This document shows, piece by piece, positions 38,266 through 50,967 of a stretch of DNA of 64,000 nucleotides (position 1 is the stretch's first letter; each line of letters begins with the position of its first letter). The translations under genes and the position numbers were made by a program. The stretch lies in contig NC_043006.1 in assembly GCF_006345805.1 (NCBI RefSeq), forward strand, positions 28,768,001-28,832,000, read 5' to 3'. A model generated the notes under the pieces. It saw only the letters and a list, made by a program, of their open reading frames with translations, did no database searches and was not told the origin of the DNA. The stretch comes from Octopus sinensis. Taxonomy: Eukaryota.

Positions 38266-38576
38266 GGAGGCGCAATGGCCCATGGTTAGGACTCGCGGTC
38301 GGAGGATCGCGGTTTCGATTCCCAAACCGGGCGTTGTGTGTGTATATGAGCGAAAACACCTAAAAGCTCCATGAAGTTCCGGCAGGGGTGGTGGCGATCC
38401 CTGTTGTACTCTTTCGCCACAACTTTCTCTCACTTTCTCTCTTCCTGTTTCTTGAGTAACGCTGCGATGGACTGGCATCCCGTTCAGCTGGGTGGTGGGG
38501 GGACATGCGCCACAGAAACCGGGAAACCGGGCCCATGAGCTTGGCTAAGCTTGAAAAGGGCGACGTTTTACGTTAA
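38266..38576 (+). mobile_element. SINE family S2
   Basis: Head GGAGGCGCAATGGCCC; TSD ATGTAACTGT. Confidence 0.85.
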
Positions 38577-38905
38577 ATGTAACTGTATTAGCTATCATGC
38601 ATCGACATGCAAACTACTGAATTGCCTTTTCAGCGGTGTTGTTCGTTACCGTGAGTAGTATATTGGAGCGGTGTGTCTCTGCTGCTATTTCTGGACTACT
38701 TAAGAAATCACTAGAAGGTATAATGAGGGATTTCGCTTAATAAAATTGAGGGATTTCATTATGTTCTCTTTATGAAACAATGGGATTTCACTAACGTCAC
38801 TGCTGGTCAATTTACTTTCACTTTTTAAAAATGTTCTGAACTGCCTGTTAACCTGTATCTGTATATAAGTCTGTTTGTGCGTGCGTCTGTGTGTGTGTGT
38901 GTGTG

Positions 38906-38979
<74 letters not shown>

Positions 38980-39890
38980 CCAAGTAGAACGCTGTTTGGT
39001 GTGGAAGCAAGCTCAAAAAGGTTGTAAAAGACATTCTTATGGGTGCAGCAAAGATCAATTACTTATAAATAAAATGATTGTAGAGAATTGCCGGAGCAAA
39101 AAGAAGAACCTGAGTATCGCATGGATAGACTACAAGAAAGCGTTTGATAGTGTCCCACATAACTGGCTACTCAAGGCCCTTGAGATATATAAGCTATCTC
39201 CTGTTAGCTCCAAATTCTTACAAGGTAGCATGGCCAAGTGTAACACACGTCTCCTAAATCATTGTTATTGGATGAGCCAATCCAACAACATCAACATCAA
39301 ACGAGGCCTCTTTCAAGGTAACTCCCTCATCCCATTACTCTTACATGGCACTGATCCCACTCTCAAACGAAGTTAATAACATCAGGTATTGACACAAAAT
39401 TTATAACACTATAATAAACCTTCTCTTTTATATGGACGATCTGAAGCTGTTCGCTAGAAATGACCAAGAGCTAGTTGGACTGCTAACAACTGTTAAAGAG
39501 TTTAGCAGTGACATCAGAATGGATGAGTGGACTAAAGCAGCTTCTGTAAGAGGCAAGCTCAGACAAACAGCTTCCGTTAAATTAAATAGCGATGCTATCA
39601 TCAAGGAATTTGAACCACAAGAAAGTTATGAATACTTGGGGATAAACGAAGGAGATAGAATACAACATGCTACTGTGGAGGAAAAAATAAGAAAAGAGTA
39701 TTATAGGAGAATAAGACTCATACTGAAAACTGAACTCAACTCGAAAAATCGCATCGACGCCATTAATACCCTGGCACTTCCAGTTGTCCAATACAGTTTT
39801 TAACATTGTTAACTGGAATCCTACGAAGCTCCAACGCCTGGACAGGAAGGCAAGAAAACTACTAACAACTAAGAACGTGCATCACCCATT
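38980..39890 (+). pseudogene. R4/Dong-like non-LTR reverse transcriptase fragment
   Basis: QKGCKRHSYG, KDQLLINK, AWIDYKKAFDSVPHNWL, IKRGLFQGNSL, YMDDLKLF, YEYLGI; frameshifted. Confidence 0.85.
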
Positions 39891-40728
39891 ATTATTATTT
39901 CTTTAAGATCTCTTAGTGTGATTTTAGAGAAATAACTGCTATGTCTAGCAGGTCGGGTGATCACGTATTGGTTCTCATGTAGCCTGTAACACTATAACAC
40001 TATAAGGTAAGGTGTCAAGTGCTGCGAAGCAAGAGAGGGTTCTAGGTCAGCCGAGACGACAATTAGATTCCATTGCCGATTAAAACCTGTTTGCTATGAT
40101 ATACTTTGATGTTCGCTGCTAATGACTGACCTATATTAGTCATAGAAGTCGACAGAAACAACGCTGTCTCCGGCTAAAATATTTATAACATACTATCATA
40201 ATGACGAGTAACAAACTTTTATATATAAGAATACTTTTACCACCATAGGTAAATATCCGGAAATATTTAACTTGCATCATATTTCTCAGTGTGTTTACGT
40301 CAGCGGTTCAGCAAAAATGATCGATAGAATATTGCTGGGCTTTAAAAAAACGTTCCAGAGTCGATTTGTTCGACTAAAACACTTCAAGGTGGTGTTCCGG
40401 CATGGCTTCAGTCAAATGACTGAAACAAGTAAAAGAGATAAAAGAGACTTGTACAAAATGATGAAATGAGTACAAATTTTTTTAACTTAAAATAAAATTA
40501 AATAAAACAAATTTTTCATATATTTGCATTGGGGTCAATATAAATCCCCCTCCCCCGAAGTTGCTGGCCTTGTGCCAAAATTCGAAGCCATTATTTAGAG
40601 ATGCTGCTTAACTCAGTGAATTTGCTTGATCAAAGGAGATAGATTTTGTCGTTTTTTGGATAATTGTATTTAGATAATTGTTTTGTATTTAGATGCAAAT
40701 TAAGTTTACGTACAAATAAGAAAAGTAA

Positions 40729-42700
40729 CACAGGCCAACAAAAAACTTTTTCTTAATTGTGAAAAAGTTTGAACTAAGGGTTTTTTGATATTCAGAATCC
40801 GAAAATAAACATCCATTTATTACCATCACGTTAATATTTTAAGACACTGGATCCAGAGAATTTCATTGTTTTTCAATAAAACAGCTTATGAGGAACAAAG
40901 CATAACACACAAATATATACATAGAAATTGGTTTTTCTTCAAAACCAAAATATATTCTTAAAATTTTACTGAAAAACTAGTAAAAATTTTAACATTTCTA
41001 CGGACAAGTTACTTCATTTATGCCTACTTTCCCATAAATTTGCGTTTGGCTTATTTTCTTAAGTGCTGAACCTCAGGAAGATTACGAGCAAGTTCTAGCA
41101 ATAGTCCGCCATCATACGCAAGTCCTATCTGCCTTGATACCTTTGTTCCATTGATTTTATGTCCTGGTGGAAACGTTCTCCCGGCTTGTCACCTGTGTCT
41201 CCAAGATTTTCAGGGAATTTATCAAGCTGACTGTGCACCTTTATGCTCATATTTACTTCTGGCTTTTGAAAGTTCTCGACCGTATTGTCAACTATTTCAG
41301 CATTTCTTGTTGCCCAGAATGCTATTCACAACTATTAGAAATAAATTCCATGCTGCTGCTTCAATGCAGTTTATTGAATTTACAAAATTCCCAACTTTCA
41401 TGAATTTTCTGCTCTGAGGCTCATCAAATACTCCAGTTTTTATCTTTTCACTAATCAGACCGGGAAATGTGCAGCAGAAAAGTAAAAGCATGGTTCATCT
41501 TTAACCAGAGCTTTAACAAACTGTTTCATAATGCCAAGTTTAATATGAAGCGGGAGTAAAATGATTTTTCCTAGTTGAACTAAATGTTCTTCAACCACAT
41601 TAAAAGACCTTGGAACTAATGCTCGCTGCGGCCATTCTTTGATCACCCATTGTTTTCCCCTTGCCATGTTGTCCCACATACATAAATAGTATGGATATTT
41701 GGTGCATCCAGTCTGTTGCACCAGGTGAAAACTGACCATCTTAAAGTCTACGCATATCATTCACTGATGATTTTGGTATTTAATTTTCTCTAGCACGGCT
41801 TTCACAACTTGATATTTCTCTGCTGGTTTTCTAGAGTGAGTAATTGGAAAAGAAGCCAATGTATTTTCATTATAAAACAGAAAACATTTCAAATTTCCTT
41901 TCGAGCAATCAATAAAGCAATGTCAATCACATGCATAATACTCTGCTAATTCCATCTTCCGAAGCAGTCCCTCTTAATGTTGGTGCAATACACTAACTCA
42001 TCGTTTTCTGTGAAGAAGAGAACAAATTCAGCATCCCTATTGACTGGTACCTTCTTTAAGGTTTTTTTTTTGTTTGATCGAGGCGTTAGAACTTCTGCAG
42101 ATATTTTGGATAAGTTACAAAGTCATTAAGTACATTTTTATCAAAAAGCTGTCGATCTAATGAGGTAGTGCCAAAGTAACCCGGATCATATGTGGCTTCC
42201 TCTGGATCGATTAATACTTATTGTTCATCAGGCTCGCGAAGTTTTGTAAATATTGGCACAAGAAGTTCTTCATTATGTGGAATTGGCCGTCGTGCTGAGT
42301 GGAAATGAGGTTACTCTATTGACTTTCTAGATTTCTTGGTAAAACCAAAGACACACACTGCAGAAGTAACAGGCACTGGTTCCATCCAAACGCTCGGTAC
42401 AGCAAGTAACTATCGCTTTTTTCTATTAGTCCAAGAACGAAATGTTTCAAGATAACTTTTACATACAATATGTGCTTCCCATGGTTTATCCTGGTCTTCC
42501 AATTTCATATTTAAGTAGGCGTTATAAGCTTGCTTCACAAAATGAGCGATCAGTTTTCGATTTTCTGAACGAGTGTATTCACTACAAATGTAGCAAAATA
42601 TATCTGGATCATTTTTACAACTTCTTCTTGAAGTCATAAGCTCCAATTTTTAACTAAAAGAAGAAAGTCAACTTAAGTTTTCATAACTTAAGTTCAAAAA
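40729..42700 (-). mobile_element. Decayed Chapaev3-like (CMC) DNA transposon
   Basis: N-terminus SCKNDPDIFCYICSEY..DQDKPWEAHIVC; ICVDFKMV..TKYPYYLCMWD, LPLHIKLGIMKQFVKAL, EKIKTGVFDEPQ; end TAA|CACAGGCCAACAAAAA. Family assigned from recalled motifs; other end not found. Confidence 0.7.
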
Positions 42701-43781
42701 ATCAAATCAGCATCATCATCACAATAATCCAGGACTCAAAATCACAATTCAATAACATCAACTGCACCATAACACAACTTGAAGAAATTGAAATTTTTTT
42801 AGTTTGTCGCAGATCACCAAACATTCTCCTGCACAAGTACCTTTTTTCAAAAGAGAGAAATTATACAAGAAGTGCAATACCACAAAGGAAAGTACAAATT
42901 TCGGAATGACAACTGACTGTTGACTAGTCAGCTTTCACAAAGGGGAATAGTTTACAATCGATGGTTTGTACAGGAATCCACTGGTGAATATCTTAATGGG
43001 CACAAGACGAGGTTTGAAGGAATCCTGAATTTCAAACAAGCACACGAAATGGAGCAATAATTTATAAACTGTAAGAAACACTCATATTTAATTTCACAGG
43101 TAAACAATGCATTTTTTCTGAAAAATGAGGAAAATTGGTGGGGTCTCTCGTGTTTACGTATTTTTCACTCGTTGGTGATGTCCTGTACTTGATGTATTTT
43201 ATATTCATTTATAATCGAACGCCACGCAGCCTTGTCCACAGTAAGTTTTTACTTATATATATATATATATATATGCCAACATGATATGTGGGAGCGTGTG
43301 TATCTGTTTATATGTGTCAGTGCATGTATCTACTTCCGCAGTAGATGGTCAGTATTCACTGTTAATTAGTCAAGTGGTCACCTGAGTAGGTTATCATATA
43401 GAAATGCTGTCTAAACCACATCCTATGACCATTTCGTTTATTTTTCTGAGAATAATACATACATACGCGCACGCACACACACACACACACATGCACGCAC
43501 ATACACAAGACACACACACATACATACATACATGCATACATACATACATACATACATACATACATACATACATACATGCATACATACATACATACATATA
43601 TACATACATGTATATATATATATAATATATATATATATACATACATATATACATACATGTATATATATATATATACATACATATATATACACACACACAC
43701 ACACACACAAATACTAAATGGGATAAGAACGCAGAACATCCGGATTTATTGGCTAAACTGGCAAAATGACCATTCCTAAAT

Positions 43782-43852
<71 letters not shown>

Positions 43853-44021
43853 CAAGTATAATCAGCCGAAATTGCGAAGATAATCTGGTACTCGACTGAG
43901 GAAAGAAAACTTCGAATGACCCGTTCTTGATTTCTTTGTATCGTCTATCTGGATGTTTTGTTGTCATATTTTTGTATCACCTAACTATCCTGATGTTTTG
44001 CGTTCTTGTCCCATTTTGTAT

Positions 44022-44053
<32 letters not shown>

Positions 44054-44390
44054 GTCATTTGCAACATACACATCCACAAACATGCAGCATTAACTCACTC
44101 CCGTGTTCACGAAAATCTAAATTACTTTTAATCAGAACAAATTTTGTTACTTTGCGATTAGGTTGAATGCTTTGAAGAACTTAAATATGTAGTTCCGGAG
44201 GAAATCATCCATACACACGTGCATACATGCATGAATACTTACTTGCATGCGTACATACATGCAGTCATGCATAAATACATGCGTTCCAATATGCATGTAT
44301 GCATACATGCATACATGCATGCACACACACGTACACAGATGCCTACATACATATATCATAACTTATAACTCCATACATATGATAATACAT

Positions 44391-44580
44391 GCATACATAC
44401 ATACATACATACATACATACATACATACATACATACATACATACATACATACATACATACATACATACATACATACGTACATACATACGTACATACATAC
44501 ATACATACATACATACATACATACATACATACATACATACATACATACATACATACATACATACATACATGCATACATGC
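44391..44580. repeat. (TACA)n microsatellite
   Basis: Direct reading. Confidence 0.96.
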
Positions 44581-44782
44581 TTACGTTCCCTCTCTGTTAA
44601 CTGGATTTCACAGCACATAAAAAGTTATAAATCATAACATGTAAAATACACACAAACATTGCCCCATGGGCAGCCTTCAACTTTTTCTATTGAAAAGGGT
44701 TTTTCAATCCATTATTTTACATATATATATATATACACGCACACGCACACACACGCACGTACACACACACATACACACACAC

Positions 44783-44829
<47 letters not shown>

Positions 44830-44916
44830 GAGAAGATAAATTAATCTCTTAATGGGATGATTACATCCAAGAAGACATTGGTTCTATACTATAGATATAT
44901 ATTAAGAATACTATCC

Positions 44917-45387
44917 GTATTAAATTAAGAGAAGAAAATGGAGAGTTAGTGGTTAATAATTATTTATTAATATATTGATAATCATTTCTTCCTATAGCTA
45001 TTTCAATTTATACTTATTGGATAAATTACACATGTATGCATTAAACTTGCATTTATAAGTTATGAGCAAAATATCATCAGGGAAAAGTTAGGCATTAAAA
45101 AATTACAAGTTTACCTATCTCTTCATTCTGGAACGATTAATACATTCCGTATGTATGCATGTATTATTCTGCCAGAATGAACAGAGAGGTCAACATGTAA
45201 TGTTTTAATGTGTAACTTTTCCCTGATAATATTTTACTCATAACTTATAAATGCAAATTCAATGCATCAATTTGTAAATTTATCCAATGAGCGTAAATGG
45301 AAACAGCTGTAAGAAGAAATGATTATCAATTTATTAATAAATAAATATTAACCACTAACTCTCCATTTTCTTCTCTTCATTCAATAC
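44917..45387. repeat. ~470-bp imperfect palindrome with a hammerhead motif in each arm
   Basis: AGAGAAGAAAATGGAGAGTTAGTGGTTAATA / TATTAACCACTAACTCTCCATTTTCTTCTCT, with complementarity continuing to the centre near 45150. Confidence 0.85.
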
Positions 45388-45406
45388 ATATTATATTATA
45401 TATATA

Positions 45407-46006
45407 CTAGCGTTGCCGGGTCATAGTGCTAGTGCATGCATATACAGCTGCGTACGTGCGCATATACACGCGAGAACTGTTCAAATCTCCGATCAATCAC
45501 ATACAGTTAGCTGGCATTCAATTGGCGTATCAAGTTTCGGGCATTTTGATTGGGTTTTGGATAGAAAATTCACCAAAAATCACTTCTATTGATTTTTTAA
45601 TGGCTTTGCGGGGTGACCGGGGAAATATAAAGATGTTAAAAACTGCCGTTCAAACCGAAAAGATCCAATGTAGGAAATACTTAAGAAGAGTGGTCCCGGT
45701 GCGCGCATTCGCGTACTCGCGCATCCGCGCTAGCTAGTCGTGACTAGTCGATCCTACAACTACCTAGCAAAGTAAATAAAACACAAAATGAATAATTTTT
45801 TTACACAAAGTAAATAATTTTTTTAAACAAAATAAATAAAACAAAAACACAAAGTGAGGATCGACTAGTCACGACTAGCTAGCGCGGATGCGCGAGTACG
45901 CGAGTGCGCGCACCGGGACCACTCTTCTTAAGTAGTACCGTAAATGTATAGGGGGGGAGGGGTAAATTTACAATGAGAAAAGCGTGAGCGAAAGAGATAG
46001 ACAGAC
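45407..46006 (-). mobile_element. Probable Helitron remnant hosting nested MITEs
   Basis: A|CTAG at 45407-45410 next to a partial hairpin CGTTGCCGGG; 5' end not found. Confidence 0.4.
45673..45939. mobile_element. GC-rich MITE (family D), 78-bp near-perfect arms, GG...CC ends
   Basis: 45678-45755 vs 45857-45934 differ at one position; A-rich spacer; flanks share AATGTA. Confidence 0.85.
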
Positions 46007-46660
46007 CAGTATTTCCAAGGTAACTGAGCTGAATAGAGGAGCCAGTACTACGGAATTAAAAAAAAAAAGACACAACAAAAATTCAGAAGAATAAAAGGTT
46101 ATGAAGTATGTAAATGGAATAGAGAGAAAAAAAGATAGATAAATAAAGGTAGATATAAATATCTACATATGTATACACATGCATACATATCCAAGCACAC
46201 GCATACACACGCATACACACGCATACACCAGCGCGTGTGCAAATTCCTAGGATGGGTTTACAAACTCAAGTGTTGCATTTCTGTTGATTACGATCCTCTG
46301 CTTCGTTTGCCCATCCACAAAAGACAAATAAAATAGCTATGTATTTATCTATACTACAATGAAATTATAATAATAGAAACCTAGTTAGCCATTGTGGGCG
46401 GTGATAATTCAGTGTCTGTCTGCAGTAATAAATGTATCCCACTGTTTCACAATTTAAACGCGCGCGTGTGTGTGTGTGTGTGTGTGGTGTGTGTGTGTGT
46501 AGTATGTATGTGTATCAGTATATAAAGTATGTGTATGCGTACCAGTTGGATTTCATTAAACAAGTAATACAACATTGCTGAGTCACACAGTATCTACTTA
46601 AAGATGTTAAACAACACCAGTAACCTATATACATTTATGCAAACATATAAAGGTGTATGT

Positions 46661-46707
<47 letters not shown>

Positions 46708-47066
46708 TGCGTGTGTGTTTGTGGCGGTAGGGAACGTACGTGTGTGTGTGTGTATGTGTGTGTGTGTTACAGAAATTGTAAAAGGAAATGAGTTCATTAT
46801 ATCTGTCTATAATTGTGTGTACGTGTGTATGTTTGTGTGCGAGTGTGCATGTATGTGTGTATATGCATGAGTGACTGTGTGTCTGTAACAACGCTTGTGC
46901 ATGTGTATGCGTACATTTGTGTGTATACATGTGTATATATATACATGAGAAAATATTGCTGTTTGTATGTGAATATGTGCGTTCGTGTGTACGCGAGGAT
47001 ATATACGCATGTGTTGGCGTATATGGATGAGTTTATATGCGTGCGTGTGAATGTGTATACGTGTAT

Positions 47067-47298
47067 ATATTTCTTTACTGCCCACAAGGGGTAAACATAG
47101 AGGGGACAAACAAGGACAGACAAACGGATGAAGTCGATTACATCGACCCCAGTGCGTAACTGGTACTTAATTTATCGACCCCGGAAGGATGAAAGGCAAA
47201 GTGGAATTCGGCGGAATTTGAACTCAGAACGTAACGGCAGACGAAATACGGCTACGCATTTCGCCCGGCCTGCTAACGTTTCTGCCAGCTCGCCGCCT
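47067..47298 (-). mobile_element. SINE family S3
   Basis: Complete head to tail on the minus strand. Confidence 0.9.
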
Positions 47299-47453
47299 TA
47301 TGTGTGTGTACGTGTATATGTGAGCGCGTGTGTGTCTGCGTGAGTGCATATGCAAGAATGTATATATACATGTGTGTGTGTGTGTGGATTGAGAGAGACT
47401 GTTTTTTTATTTTACATATATTCTCTATGCGCAGGCGTTGCTGTGTGGTAAGA

Positions 47454-47870
47454 AGGCGGCGAGCTGGCAGAAACGTTAGCACGCCGGGCGAAATGCGTAG
47501 CCGTATTTCGTCTGCCGTTACGTTCTGAGTTCAAATTCCGCCGAGGTCCACTTTGCCTTTCATCTTTTCGGGGTCAATAAATTAAGTACCAGTTACGCAC
47601 TGGGGTCGATATAATCGACTTCATCCGTTTGTCTGTCCTTGTTTGTCCCCTCTGTGTTTAGCCCCTTACGGGTAATAAAGAAATAGGTATTTCGTCTGTC
47701 GTTACGTTCTGAGTTCGAATTCCGCCGAGGTCGACTTTGCCTTTCATCCTTTCAGGGTTGATAAATTAAGTACCAGTTACACACTGGGGTCATCTAATCG
47801 ACTTAATCCTTTTGTCTGTCCTTGTTTGTCCCCTCTGTGTTTAGCCCCTAGTGGGCAATAAAGAAATAAG
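47454..47870 (+). mobile_element. SINE family S3 dimer
   Basis: Head plus two bodies; junction AAAGAAATA-GGTATTTCG near 47685. Confidence 0.9.
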
Positions 47871-48355
47871 AAAGCAAGCTCTCCAACCACAAGTAACTTT
47901 TTTCCAATATTCAAATGGCTTCCAGTCCTCTATGTCAACCGACTTTTTCTCATCTCAACTTTAATCTTTATGTTCTCCAATGCCATTGACATGAAGCTGT
48001 TCCTGAAAAAAGGAGACATAAAAATTTAACCGAACACCCTGTGTGTGTGTATGTATGAACGTATTTTTTTATGTATGCATGCATACGTACATACATTCAT
48101 ACATACATACATGGTGGCTGCCCCCTCGTTATCGAGTATGGCCATTGCACGAAGCTTAATCAATGTTGTTATCGTGCAATGCCTGTGCAAGAAGATTTTT
48201 TTTAAAGTGAGGAAAGGCTGAGCACTGAGTCAATCCCACTCACTAAGCAACATCAGCCATAATCCGAAAAGAAGAACAAGTCAACATCATCGGTAACCAC
48301 TGAGCCGTACATACATACATACATACATACATACATACATACATACATACATACA

Positions 48356-48386
<31 letters not shown>

Positions 48387-48509
48387 GCACACACACACAC
48401 ACACACACGCACACACTTATATACGTATAAGTACATACATAGTGATTACTCCATCTTCACAGATGATTGCCGTCACTTGTGTTTCCTCATTGTCAATGAG
48501 ATTTCCGAC

Positions 48510-48960
48510 TTCTGATCCAGGAACTCTGAGATGACTATTGACTCCCGCTCCCGGTCTACATGGTTTGAAGCATAGACGACAGACAAAAGCTTTGACTTCC
48601 AATGGATCAATGTAACAGGCAATGCTTAGAGCATCTTTTCTAACACCTGCTCAGGAATTTGGATGAGAAACGGTCTCCCTAAAATAAGCTGTTCAGTCAC
48701 AAGAGTCTCCACCGGAGCTGGTTCCTGTCATGGGAAGACTCAACAGCGATGTTAGGATAAGAGTCCTTGTTGCCTATGCGCTTCCAACTAGTTTGGTCAG
48801 CACAGATCGCCATTCTCCCATCGCCATATGACTTTCAGTAGATGGAGTGATAAACAACAACCGTCTATGACTTTACTGTATACAACGGAAGGTCTGGGAT
48901 TCGGGAGTTCCCGGATTTTGAGGAGTGTGGAACCAATTCTTAGCCGCAATTGTTCCCAGG
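48510..48960 (-). pseudogene. RTE-like LINE 3' remnant
   Basis: FVCRLCFKPCRPGAGVNSHLR resembles the C-terminal Cys/His motif of RTE ORF2. Confidence 0.5.
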
Positions 48961-49191
48961 TCTACTCTGACTAGAGTAGTAGTTTTAAAAAAATTGATTT
49001 AAAAATCTGTGAACCAAACTGAACAGATCCAGAAAGAATCAAAAAGTACTCAATACATTCTATGAAATATTATAATAGTAATTCGGTTGTTGCCTTCTGA
49101 GACTACTCAGTGTTTCTCCAATTCTCAAACAATGAGGTACCTGATAGACTCAGCATAAGGGATCAACCAAATGTGTGTGTGTGTGTGTGTG

Positions 49192-49228
<37 letters not shown>

Positions 49229-49278
49229 CTAATCAGCAGTAAATAACAGCCAAATCTGCCACAAATTATGCCCTACCA

Positions 49279-49568
49279 TAGTGTTTCCCAAAGCGGGCGG
49301 TATTGCCCCACTGGGGGCGCTGGAAAGTTCCAAGGGGCCATTCAAGAAAAGTGGGGAGATAATGAGGCAGTGATTCATGTAAAAAGTGAAGCAATAAAAG
49401 TGTAGCGATTTATATAAAACACAACAAAATAATGGATTAAGTTTCATTTGTTAAATGCAGTTGCTTTGAATTTGCTTCAGAAAAAGGCTTGGTTAGTTGG
49501 GGTGGGGTACTAGAAATGTGATTTGGGTGTCAAGAGGGCGGCAGCCCAAGGATGTTTGAGAACCACTG
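49279..49568. mobile_element. hAT-Charlie MITE
   Basis: Ends TAGTGTTTCCCAAA / TTTGAGAACCACTG; 8-bp TSD CCCTACCA/CTCTACCA; related left end at 57921. Confidence 0.8.
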
Positions 49569-50491
49569 CTCTACCATCATAAGTATTGAAAACTTTGGGT
49601 GGAGTACTCTCGGCTGGAACATCTTTTATCGTCGGACAGCACAGTCACAGCTGACATGACACAGAATAATATCAACAACAATAACAACGAAGAAAGTAAC
49701 GAGGGAGCCTCTACAATGTATGGTCATGAGCAAAATGCGGCTCGCGGGATAATTAAACTGGCACGCTTGCAGATATTTTTTAGAGAGTCTGATGATGAGC
49801 CACGTCCCATGCAGCCCGTTTCTCGAAAAAGGCCGCTCATTCCTGCTCTACATGGTTGCTCGAACTGCAAGTAATAGCAGCCAAATCTCAATCAGGATGC
49901 ATTTTGCTATCATGAAAAATGAAGGACACATAAGATAATGTCCTTGTTTGTCCGCTCTGTGTGTAGTCCCTTGTGGGTAGTAAAGAAATAGATATTTTGT
50001 CTGCCGCTATGTTCTGAGTTCAAATTCCGCCGAGGTCGACTTTGCCTTTCATCCTTTCGGGGTCGAAAAAAAGGTGGGCTAATCATGACTAAATCGACAA
50101 AAACTCACTGCAATGTTTACATGTTCTCATAACAGGAGTTCATCAGATGCAGTTCACATGCACAAAAATAGGTCGTTTATTAGAAATAGTTTGTTTTTTT
50201 TCTCAGAATTTTCGTACTTCCTATCAGGATGGCAGTTGGAATTTCTATGGTGTTGGTTTGTGGGAAAAAATCATTATGTTCTTGCTTTAATTTATTTCAT
50301 AGGCGAAAGCATGACTCAATGGTAAGAAGTTTGCTTCCCAACCACTCACTGTGTAATATCTTGGATAAGAGTCTTCTTCTTTATAGACTGGGGCCAACCA
50401 AAGCCTTGTAAGTGGATTTAGTAACCGGAAGCCGAAAGAAGCTTGTTGTGTATACACACACACACACAACACACATATATATATACATACG

Positions 50492-50800
50492 TGGAGGCGC
50501 AATGGCTCAGTGGTTAGGGCAGCGGACTCGCGGTTGTAGGATCGCAGTTTCGATTCCCAGACCGGGCGTTGTGAGTGTTTATTGAGCGAAAACACCTAAA
50601 GCTTCACGAGGCTCCGGCAGGGGTTGGTGGCGATCCCTGCTGTACTCTTTCACCACAACTTTCTCTTACTCTTTCTTCTGTTGGCCTGCTCGCTTAGCCA
50701 GCGGGGTGGCGTCACTTGGAGGCTAAAACAATGCAAAGCGCATTGTGACCAGCGATGTGTAGCAACATCTGATAGCCTGGTCGGTCACGGTGATCACGGT
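50492..50800 (+). mobile_element. SINE family S2
   Basis: Head GGAGGCGCAATGGCTCAGTGG, B box AGTTTCGATTCC; 3' tail differs from other S2 copies. Confidence 0.85.
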
Positions 50801-50967
50801 GATATATATATATACATACACACACATACACATACATATACTTACAGACATACATGAATATATATATAGCAATAAGAAAATGGAGGGGATTAATAGGTGG
50901 TTCATCAACTTTTAGACATTATATTATGTTAACTTATTTATTTACTAAACTGACAATTACAATAATA

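Noticed and set aside
40049-40175. Hammerhead-like GAAACAACGCTGTC with a possible stem I
   Set aside because: No CUGANGA box at the required position.
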